A stretch of DNA of 20,123 nt from Promethearchaeota archaeon (GTDB taxonomy: Archaea; Asgardarchaeota; Hermodarchaeia; Hermodarchaeales; Hermodarchaeaceae). Both the position numbers and the translations under genes were made by a program. Position 1 is the first letter of the stretch. Every line of letters begins with the position of its first letter. The stretch is taken from positions 1-20,123 of the forward strand of contig JBHLPH010000028.1 in NCBI GenBank assembly GCA_048939625.1, in the 5' to 3' direction. Shown here piece by piece: positions 7,712 through 15,234 of this stretch. The notes under the pieces were generated by a model. It saw only the letters and a program-made list of their open reading frames with translations. It was not told the DNA's origin and ran no database searches.

Positions 7712-9040
7712 TTAGCCACCAATGTTGTGATGGCAACATACTTCCTTGTATTCGGTGAAGAGTGGACAACCGCCTCCACACGCTTTGAGTAGTTCACAGG
7801 AAATGCATTGGTCTTGGAGTTTTTTATGTCCGCGAAGGGCTTTTGCGGTTGGGTGATTCCATATAGTATTCCAAGAATCGGTGAGAATATTTCCTAGCGG
7901 TTCAAAGTAGCTTTGGCAGGGAAGAACGGCACCATTGGGTTCAATTGCGAGACTGGAATATGCCGCACTGCACCGACGAGGACCGAGACCATATTCGGTG
8001 GGATCGAAATGGCAATACATTGTGGGACTGTACCAAATCATGCGGATGTCATGTTCTGCTGCTTCGGCGAGAATATCGGTGATTATTTCATCAAGATCCT
8101 GTTCAGGGATGGCTTGTTCATCTGCTACCTCTTTGCCACTTCCCGAGTAGATGAGCCCGTTCATAGCAAACTGTTGCTGTCCAAGCTTAGCTAGGAAGGC
8201 TACGGTTTCGGTTATCCTTGGACGGTTAAGTTGAGTTAGGGTTGTATTTGTGATGGTATAAATGTCAGTGGCAATGAACCGTTTGAGTCCAGCCAAGGTT
8301 TCCTCCCAGGCTCCTTTGATTCCAACCATTTGGTCATGAATTTCGGGAAGATGAGACTCCAAGGTAATTTGAACATAATCAATTCCTGCTTTAACTAGGT
8401 CATCAACCAAGGAGTTGGTAAGGCGTCGTCCATTCGTAACGAGCCCTGCAATGATTCCAATGTCTTCGGCATATTGAACAAGTTCCACCAAATCATCGCG
8501 AAGTGTAGGTTCACCGCCTGTGAAGGTTACATGAGGAATCGCCTGGTCAAGAAGCACATCAAGAACTTTTTTCCATTTAGCTGTCTCAATTTCGTGGCTA
8601 GCATCCCATCCACGACGCTTTGCAGGAACATAACAGTGAGAGCAGGTATTATTACACCGATACGTGAGGGCTAAATCGACCCGATAAGGAGCCGATGGTT
8701 CATGCGAAAAGGGTTCCACTTCACCAAAATCAAAGGTTTCAATCGGTGACACATCTGGTTGGACAATGAAAGAGAGAATTTTGTCTTTTAACTCATTGTA
8801 GTGCGAACGAATAGTGTCAGAGTTGGTTCCCCGGTACTTGGTACGGATAAAATCAATGATTTCATCCTCAGATTTTCCTTCGACTGCTGCTATGGCATAA
8901 TCATACCCACTTTCATTAAGAAAGAGGAGGCGTGAGGCATCAACAACAATGGTGCCACCAGTAGGGTCTTTTCGGAGGTGGAATCGGTGGCCTTCTAATT
9001 CGCCTTTACCGAATAGGATTTTGCTTCTTTCTGTCTCCAT
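7712..9040 (-). CDS. Radical SAM/SPASM-domain protein with N-terminal PqqD/RRE-like region (PqqE-like architecture)
   Basis: CxxxCxxC motif (CNNTCSHC), FTGGEPTL, TNG; SPASM cysteines CSAA...GAVLPC...LGNI...CISC...CGGGCP. The ~100-aa N-terminal extension has beta strands, LNESG and then helices. Confidence 0.92.
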   Translation of the reverse strand: METERSKILFGKGELEGHRFHLRKDPTGGTIVVDASRLLFLNESGYDYAIAAVEGKSEDEIIDFIRTKYRGTNSDTIRSHYNELKDKILSFIVQPDVSPIETFDFGEVEPFSHEPSAPYRVDLALTYRCNNTCSHCYVPAKRRGWDASHEIETAKWKKVLDVLLDQAIPHVTFTGGEPTLRDDLVELVQYAEDIGIIAGLVTNGRRLTNSLVDDLVKAGIDYVQITLESHLPEIHDQMVGIKGAWEETLAGLKRFIATDIYTITNTTLTQLNRPRITETVAFLAKLGQQQFAMNGLIYSGSGKEVADEQAIPEQDLDEIITDILAEAAEHDIRMIWYSPTMYCHFDPTEYGLGPRRCSAAYSSLAIEPNGAVLPCQSYFEPLGNILTDSWNTIWNHPTAKALRGHKKLQDQCISCELLKACGGGCPLFTEYKEVCCHHNIGG

Positions 9041-9210
9041 CTATACTGCTCCTGATATAGGTTGAGTGTTCTTCATCAGACCACCAAGAAAAGTCTATCG
9101 ACCAAAAAGACTTAACACATGAAAGATAGGTTTTGGCTGGTTTTTCTGAAAAGTCGGAAGCCTTTTCGGGAGATTAAACGAAACATGATAGGACGGAAGT
9201 CGTTGATGGC

Positions 9211-9804
9211 ATGACCACAATGGAAGAAATGGAGCAGTTGGCTCGTATTTCGAATGTAGGACCAATTGCTCGACGCTATTTCGCGATGAACGCCTTTGAT
9301 GGCACTCTTACGATGCTTGGAATTATTCTGGCATCCCATTTCGCATTTCACTTTGATGCGGGGGCAATTGTCAGTGCTGGAATTGGGGCTTGCTTAGCCA
9401 TGATGTTTTCAGGATTAGCAGGAACCTATCTTGCTGAGAAAGCTGAGCGGGAACGGGAATTACGAGAGATGGAGCAGGCCATGCTGCGAAGACTTGATCA
9501 AACACTTTTCAAACGTGCTACTCGATTCGCTATAATAATCTCGTCAGTGGTTGACGGATTTGCTCCCTTTATGGCAGGGCTTTTACTTCTCGCTCCGTTC
9601 TTTGTTGTGGTATTTAACCCCACGTTTTGGTTTTACGCTGTCATAATCTCTGTAGCCACCGGATTTGTACTATTGTTCCTTCTAGGTGTTTTTCTTGGTC
9701 GTGTATCAGAACAAAACCAATGGCTCTATGGATTACAGACACTCGCTGCAGGTCTAGGAACGGCTATAGCCATTATTATTCTTGGATTCTTCTTTCCCCT
9801 TTAA
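9211..9804 (+). CDS. VIT1/CCC1-family membrane protein (archaeal TIGR00267-like)
   Basis: RRYFAMNAFDGTLTMLGII, SGLAGTYLAEKAERERELREME (acidic cytoplasmic helix), DGFAP and LFLLGVFLGRVS; about 5 TM segments. Confidence 0.82.
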   Translation: MTTMEEMEQLARISNVGPIARRYFAMNAFDGTLTMLGIILASHFAFHFDAGAIVSAGIGACLAMMFSGLAGTYLAEKAERERELREMEQAMLRRLDQTLFKRATRFAIIISSVVDGFAPFMAGLLLLAPFFVVVFNPTFWFYAVIISVATGFVLLFLLGVFLGRVSEQNQWLYGLQTLAAGLGTAIAIIILGFFFPL

Positions 9805-9809
9805 AATGT

Positions 9810-10613
9810 TCAACGAACCACAGGAAGCCCTAGCGCATCTGAATCCCGAAGATACCTATGAAATTCGCAAAGTCTGGGAGCCACCTGTTTAAAATCATTG
9901 AGTGAGTGGCTATCAGAACCCACAAAGAATCGTGCTTCTGCTTTAATTAATTCTGAGATTATGGGTTGGGAGGGATGAAGGCGCCCCCAAGGATGGCGTT
10001 GTCCCCGAAGGTTAATTTCAATTAGAACATCTAGCTGTTGACATAATCTGCCGAGTTCGAGGGTTCGCCGGTGCCAAAAATCAATGACTTTTTGATCATG
10101 GGGATAGAGTGGCACAAACCGCATTACGCCATCAAGATGAGCAATGCCATCGAATAGATTCGAACGAATGGCTTCTTCGACTTCAGTAAAATACCGGTGA
10201 ATAATCGTAGGCAATCCAATCCGAGAGACTAGAACATCTAATTCTTCTTTCGTTGTTACAGCCAGATTCTCGATAGTGTGGATAGTTCCAATGAAATAAT
10301 CGAAATCATTGCGATAGTTTTCACAGAATTCAGCAACCTCTTCAGCTCGGTCAGAGTAGTAATCCACTTCTAATCCCAAAAAACAGCGAGGATATTCACT
10401 TTTGGTGCGGTCAAATGTCTCAAGGAGCATTGGTATCGTTTGAAAGTTGAGATATCCAGGACGAGTAACAAAAGCTAGTTCAAAATGGTCTAGGAAGCCA
10501 ATGTGAATCGAAAGTTGATCTGCAAGGCGAGCATAATCACTCATAGGTGTTGAAGAATCAGGGCTATATTCAGTATGAATATGGAAATCGTAGACTGATG
10601 ATGTCGTACTCAT
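9810..10613 (-). CDS. PHP-family phosphoesterase (HisJ/HisK histidinol-phosphatase-like)
   Basis: Motifs DFHIHT, LDH, GLEVD, IGTIH, AHLD, IEIN and GSDSH. ATG 10613 is preferred over GTG 10625. Confidence 0.87.
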   Translation of the reverse strand: MSTTSSVYDFHIHTEYSPDSSTPMSDYARLADQLSIHIGFLDHFELAFVTRPGYLNFQTIPMLLETFDRTKSEYPRCFLGLEVDYYSDRAEEVAEFCENYRNDFDYFIGTIHTIENLAVTTKEELDVLVSRIGLPTIIHRYFTEVEEAIRSNLFDGIAHLDGVMRFVPLYPHDQKVIDFWHRRTLELGRLCQQLDVLIEINLRGQRHPWGRLHPSQPIISELIKAEARFFVGSDSHSLNDFKQVAPRLCEFHRYLRDSDALGLPVVR

Positions 10614-10656
10614 GAAATTAGTCACATGGAGATGTAAATTAGGGGTGGATTAGGGT

Positions 10657-11397
10657 TCACTCGTTGATATAGTATTCGTAACCTTTACGTTCGTAGGAAT
10701 GGATTTTTTGACTAAACGTGAATCCACGATTTTTGACAATTTGTATTTGACGGGTCGGAGTCTCATTGAGAGCAGCGGGAAGAGCAGTAAATCGAATTAT
10801 GGTATCGCTTAATCGTTCGATACTTTCTGCAAATTGTGGGCTGTGCATCTCCGGATAAAAAGAGGCAACGACCGTTAATTTTCGATGTTGAATTAAAGGC
10901 ACAAGGGCTAACCAGAATTGCCAGGCCGCGCGGTCGGATTCCATGGAATGGAGTAAGACACTGAGTGAATCTATATACATTCGAGCTTGGTCAAACCGTT
11001 TTACAGTTATTCGGAATTCCTCATAGAACTTAGCGGTGTATCGGACATTGGAACATCGGATTACTCCGTCTTTGGGTGGTGAGGTGGATTCACCATAGGC
11101 AAGGGAGGATAATCCGTCCATGAGTAGGAGTTGATCTGGTTTAGCTTCCTTTGTGAGTGCTTCAACGGGTGGTAGATGATCATATTCGTCCACGGTATGT
11201 TCAGAGAGGAGAATGATTGCACCCTCGTCTTTCTTGATGCCATTGCGAAGGAATGAGACACCGAGTAGACCAGATACACCACGGGATTCACCTTGAAGTT
11301 CCTCGATAAGACATGTGCTACCTCGTCTCAACCCGCCCCCGAGTAGAGTGTTGATAGGATCCCATTCGCATGTTATATAATCTTCATCAGCTGGCAT
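10657..11397 (-). CDS. KaiC/RAD55-like RecA-fold protein with degenerate Walker A (paralog A)
   Basis: INTLLGGGLRRGSTCLI, LLSEH, MYIDSLS (Walker B), SDTIIRF and IQIVKNRG (arginine finger). The P-loop position reads EELQGESRGVSG, with no GKT/S. Confidence 0.85.
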   Translation of the reverse strand: MPADEDYITCEWDPINTLLGGGLRRGSTCLIEELQGESRGVSGLLGVSFLRNGIKKDEGAIILLSEHTVDEYDHLPPVEALTKEAKPDQLLLMDGLSSLAYGESTSPPKDGVIRCSNVRYTAKFYEEFRITVKRFDQARMYIDSLSVLLHSMESDRAAWQFWLALVPLIQHRKLTVVASFYPEMHSPQFAESIERLSDTIIRFTALPAALNETPTRQIQIVKNRGFTFSQKIHSYERKGYEYYINE

Positions 11398-11434
11398 GAG
11401 ACGCCCTCTTTCTTGGCAGTCCTCCTATCGGTAA

Positions 11435-11441
11435 TTAATAA
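11435..11441 (-). promoter_or_regulatory. TATA-like element (TTATTAA) for KaiC-like paralog A
   Basis: Lies 37 nt upstream of ATG 11397. The same heptamer occurs upstream of paralog B (17445-17451). Confidence 0.4.
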
Positions 11442-11492
11442 GTCTTAGCTGTTTACAGTTCTTCTGACAGGACCTTTAGATGAGTTTGAGAA

Positions 11493-11500
11493 TTTATATA
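11493..11500 (+). promoter_or_regulatory. Archaeal TATA box (TTTATATA) for the SDR/dehydrogenase pair
   Basis: Consensus-matching box preceded by purine-rich GAGAA (BRE-like). The expected transcription start near 11523-11526 favours the downstream start codon. Confidence 0.6.
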
Positions 11501-11536
11501 CATGAGAATGCTGAGTGAGTGGGAGGCTTGACGACT

Positions 11537-12541
11537 GTGTCCCAGATTCCCTCTCTAAATGAACCAGTCCTTATTACAGGTGGTACTGGCTTTATCGGTT
11601 CCCATCTCGCCAAGCGCCTTGTCTCTGAAGGCTACAATGTTGTCTTATTTGAGGCTAGACCGAATCAGGCGCGAATCCATGAAATTGCAGACCAAGTTAC
11701 CGTGGTGGAAGGTGATGTTGGTGACTTGGAGAGCGTCAGTTCTACTCTCCGAGAGTTTAAGATTCAACACATCTTCCATACAGCAGCAAGCCTCTCAGTT
11801 GAGGCGGAAAAGGACTGTGAGGCAGCATTTACCTGCAACATATCAGGAATCTACAATATACTCGAAGCCGCGAGAGTTTTTGATGTTCAGCGCCTTATTT
11901 TTCTTAGTAGTCTAGCGGTATTTGGGGCGAATACGCCATTTCCCTTTCATGAAACGAGCTATCGTGATCCTGGAAGTTTTTACGGAGTCAGTAAAGCCTT
12001 TGGCGAAATGCTTGGAAATTATTACCATCTCCGTCACGGCTTTGATTTCCGAGGAGTCCGATTTGCAGTTGTAATTGGACCTGGGCGACGAGGAGCAGGA
12101 GCTACCGTGACGTACTCGAGTTTCATTGAGAACGTAGCATTAGGAAAAACGGGAATCATCGATATACCCGAAACAACGATTTTACCAATTATTTATGTGG
12201 AGGATGCTGCTAATTTTCTGATGGCTTTGTGGAAAGCACCGAAGCTTTCGCGTCGAATATACATCGCGGGAGGGGTGCCGATTCCGATTAAGGAACTAAT
12301 TACCACGGTTAAGACTCACATTCCAAATGCTGAAATTAATTTCGAATTAAATCCAGATGCAGAGCGAGTCGCCCAAACTTGGTCATTTCTCACAACTCTT
12401 CTGGTTCAGCAAGGGAAGGAAACGCTTTATCGCAATTTTGAAGAACTGGGTTGGGAACTACGCTTTGATTCGGTAACAGATATTGTCAAACACTTTATCG
12501 AATTTGTACAAAAACGAAAGGAAATCTATTCTACATTCTAA
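11537..12541 (+). CDS. Extended SDR NAD-dependent epimerase/dehydrogenase (L-threonine 3-dehydrogenase-like)
   Basis: TGGTGFIG, HTAASLS, SSLAVFG, YGVSK catalytic motif, and YYHLRHGFDFRGVR. GTG 11537 follows GGGAGG; the ORF track start is 11519. Confidence 0.85.
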   Translation: MSQIPSLNEPVLITGGTGFIGSHLAKRLVSEGYNVVLFEARPNQARIHEIADQVTVVEGDVGDLESVSSTLREFKIQHIFHTAASLSVEAEKDCEAAFTCNISGIYNILEAARVFDVQRLIFLSSLAVFGANTPFPFHETSYRDPGSFYGVSKAFGEMLGNYYHLRHGFDFRGVRFAVVIGPGRRGAGATVTYSSFIENVALGKTGIIDIPETTILPIIYVEDAANFLMALWKAPKLSRRIYIAGGVPIPIKELITTVKTHIPNAEINFELNPDAERVAQTWSFLTTLLVQQGKETLYRNFEELGWELRFDSVTDIVKHFIEFVQKRKEIYSTF

Positions 12542-12555
12542 GGGTGGGTTCATTA

Positions 12556-13512
12556 TTGAGTAAAATTACACGAACTGCCGTCTTGGGTGCTGGAGCAATG
12601 GGTCATGGTATTGCGCAGGTCTTTGCGCAGGCTGGATGCGATGTGGAATTATATGACATCGATGAGAAAGCGTTGAGCCAAGTTAAAGACAAAATTAATG
12701 CAAATCTTCTCTTTTTACAGAGACGACGAGCTATTGCACGCGAAACGATTCCTTTCACACTAACACGCATAAATTTAGAACCCGATTTCGATGCGGCTGT
12801 ATCTAGAGCGAACTTGATTCTTGAGGCAGTTCCTGAACGTTTAGACCTTAAACGTGAGATTTTTGCGCAGGCTGAAAGAGTTTGTCGTAAAACAGCCATT
12901 CTGTCGTCAACTACCTCTGTAATTCGGGTCGGTGATATTGCCGAAGGACTCAAGACCCCGGAGCGTTTGGTGGGAACTCATTGGATGAATCCGCCCTATG
13001 TCTTGCCGCTTGTTGAAATTATTCGTGCTCCGCAAACAAAGAAAACAGTAGTTAACCGGGTTCAGAAGTTTCTGGAAGAACAATGTGGAAAGCGCACTAT
13101 TACCTGCAATGATGCACCTGGCTTCATTGTTAATAGACTTGCAGGAGCGGTCTTAACAGAAGCAGCTGCACTCATTGAAGAAGGCGTCGCTTCTCATGTT
13201 GAAATCGATCGGGCATTCAAAGAACATCTTGGTCCAGTGTTTTTGCAATATGGTCCTTTTGGAAATCTTGACTATATTGGACTTGATGTTATCGTGCTGG
13301 CAGCCAAGTATTTATCGTGGGCTTTGGATGATGAGCGATACAAGCTTCCCAAGTGGCTGGAGGATACCGTTCTGAAGGGAAATTTGGGTATCAAGTCGGG
13401 TAAGGGCATCTATGATTATCACAATCAATCTCCAGAACAGCTCCGCCAGAAGCGCGCGGAGGAACTTCTTATATTACTTCAAAAAGTTGGTTTGAAGACT
13501 TACCAAAAGTAA
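12556..13512 (+). CDS. 3-hydroxyacyl-CoA dehydrogenase family protein (possibly acting on a free 3-hydroxy acid)
   Basis: GAGAMGHGIA, EAVPERLDLK, SSTTS, HWMNPP, LVEII, PGFIVNR, GPF..LD..GLD and G.LG.KSGKG.Y. Start is TTG 12556 or GTG 12544. Confidence 0.9.
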   Translation: MSKITRTAVLGAGAMGHGIAQVFAQAGCDVELYDIDEKALSQVKDKINANLLFLQRRRAIARETIPFTLTRINLEPDFDAAVSRANLILEAVPERLDLKREIFAQAERVCRKTAILSSTTSVIRVGDIAEGLKTPERLVGTHWMNPPYVLPLVEIIRAPQTKKTVVNRVQKFLEEQCGKRTITCNDAPGFIVNRLAGAVLTEAAALIEEGVASHVEIDRAFKEHLGPVFLQYGPFGNLDYIGLDVIVLAAKYLSWALDDERYKLPKWLEDTVLKGNLGIKSGKGIYDYHNQSPEQLRQKRAEELLILLQKVGLKTYQK

Positions 13513-13513
13513 C

Positions 13514-15202
13514 CTAATAGTCTCGTTTTGTTGTGAAGATTTGAGAAAGCAGGGTCATGTATTTTCTTGAGACTCGGACATCTAAGACATAAGGGTGTCC
13601 TGAGTCTGTTGCCCGTTTTAGAGCAGGTTTAATCTCATCGGGTTTTGTGACTAATTCGCCCCTTGCTCCAAGTCCTTCTGCGAGTTTATCGAAGCGGGCA
13701 TGCTCGTTGAGTAAGGTTCCACAAGAAGCTTGTTCTTCTGACCTGGTTTTTAGAAGGCGAGTATGGTATACTAGTCCCCACGCACAATCATTGTTCACAA
13801 TCGCAACGATCGGAATGTCATAGCGAACAGCAGTATCTAATTCACTAACATTAAACATGAAACTGCCATCACCAGAAATTAGGTAGACTGGCGTTTCAGG
13901 TCTAGCAAGCTTTGCTGCCAAACTGATAGGTAAGCCAGCACCTAAATGTCCGAGAGGCCCTTGTGAACCGATGATTTGCCCAGGGAAGTTAGCTCGGAGG
14001 TATAAATAAGCCCACGCCGTTGTATCCCCGCCATCGAGAATGAAAAGACTTTCTGGCGTTGCGAATTCACGAATTTCCTTCATGAGTCGTTGGGGTTTAA
14101 TTGGAAGCTCATCGGAATCGGCATCCTTCTCAAGGACTTCGAAGAGCTGTTCCCATGCTGCTCGGGATTGTTTAGCGAAACTGCTAGTCGCTCGCTTCTT
14201 CGTCAATTCTTTTGCAGTTTGGAGCATCTGATTGAGAACAGCTTTGGCATCACCGGTGATACCAACAGCGACCGGACAATTCTTCCCAATCGCGTCAGGT
14301 AAGATGTCGACATGAATAAATTTCGCACCCTCAGAATAGAAAGAGGGGTCACGGCCGAATCCAAGGAATTCATCGAGACGTGCACCAACAACGAGGATGA
14401 CATCTGCTTGACGTAAAAATGGATTAGCAATTGCGTTTCCTATGGAAAGAGGGTGGTTTTGTGGAAAACAACCTATTCCCAAATATTCTGCAGCCACAGG
14501 AATACCGAAGAATTCAGCAAGTTTTCTTAGTTCTTTGCAGCCTTGAGACCAGTAAACGCCACTTCCTGCGATTATCGCTGGACGCTCTGCTTTTGCTAGC
14601 AGTTTAACTGCGTTCTTGATCATGGTTGGATCTCCAAGTATGCGACCTGTTGGCCGGTATTGAGAGGGAGTTAGTGATTTCGGTATGGGCCCTTCATAGG
14701 GAGTAGATATGATATCTTTAGGGATATCAAGGAGCACAGGAGCCATTCGTCCTGTAAGGACAGCTTTGAACGCTTTTTGAAGATATTCTCCAATTCTATG
14801 AGGAAATATGCACCTTCGCGTCCATTTTGTAACAGAGGAGACTAAAGCTTGCAAATCGAGGTCTTCGAAGGCATCCATATCCGCGAGGGTGTGAGGAATA
14901 CTTGAAGTTAGAGCCACGACGGGGCTGCCCATGTGATAGGCTTGTGCTAATGCTGGAATCGCATTGACAATTCCAGGACCCATGGCAAGGAGACAGACTC
15001 CAGGCGTCCTAGTAACACGAGCCCACCCATCGGCAGCATTACCTGCCGCTTGTTCATGCCGGGTTGTGATAATTTTAATGCCCTCTGCAATTAGAGCATC
15101 GTATATTGGTAGGATTTCTCCTCCTGGGAGTGAGAAGACATGGGATATGCCTTCAGCTTTGAGCACCGAAGCTACTGCTTTACCGCTATTTTTTAGAGGC
15201 AT
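13514..15202 (-). CDS. Thiamine-diphosphate-binding enzyme, acetolactate synthase-like superfamily (ILVBL/2-hydroxyacyl-CoA lyase-like)
   Basis: TRHEQAA (catalytic Glu), GPG, and the ThDP motif GDGS...NNDCAWG; also GPLGHLGAG and ELDTAVRY. ATG 15202 follows AGGTGAGGTG. No regulatory subunit gene nearby. Confidence 0.9.
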   Translation of the reverse strand: MPLKNSGKAVASVLKAEGISHVFSLPGGEILPIYDALIAEGIKIITTRHEQAAGNAADGWARVTRTPGVCLLAMGPGIVNAIPALAQAYHMGSPVVALTSSIPHTLADMDAFEDLDLQALVSSVTKWTRRCIFPHRIGEYLQKAFKAVLTGRMAPVLLDIPKDIISTPYEGPIPKSLTPSQYRPTGRILGDPTMIKNAVKLLAKAERPAIIAGSGVYWSQGCKELRKLAEFFGIPVAAEYLGIGCFPQNHPLSIGNAIANPFLRQADVILVVGARLDEFLGFGRDPSFYSEGAKFIHVDILPDAIGKNCPVAVGITGDAKAVLNQMLQTAKELTKKRATSSFAKQSRAAWEQLFEVLEKDADSDELPIKPQRLMKEIREFATPESLFILDGGDTTAWAYLYLRANFPGQIIGSQGPLGHLGAGLPISLAAKLARPETPVYLISGDGSFMFNVSELDTAVRYDIPIVAIVNNDCAWGLVYHTRLLKTRSEEQASCGTLLNEHARFDKLAEGLGARGELVTKPDEIKPALKRATDSGHPYVLDVRVSRKYMTLLSQIFTTKRDY

Positions 15203-15234
15203 CGAACACCTCACCTATGCAACATATAGGCATG

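Noticed and set aside
9041-9076. Minus-strand mini-ORF MKNTQPISGAV ending in TAG immediately before, and in frame with, the radical SAM ATG (possible precursor peptide or amber read-through)
   Set aside because: It is only 11 aa, contains the likely SD (GGAG) of the radical SAM gene, and is too short for a leader plus core. There is no pyrrolysine machinery in the window.
9112-9351. 79-aa minus-strand ORF upstream of the radical SAM gene, considered as a RiPP precursor
   Set aside because: More than half overlaps the VIT1 coding sequence on the opposite strand, and it has no precursor-like composition.
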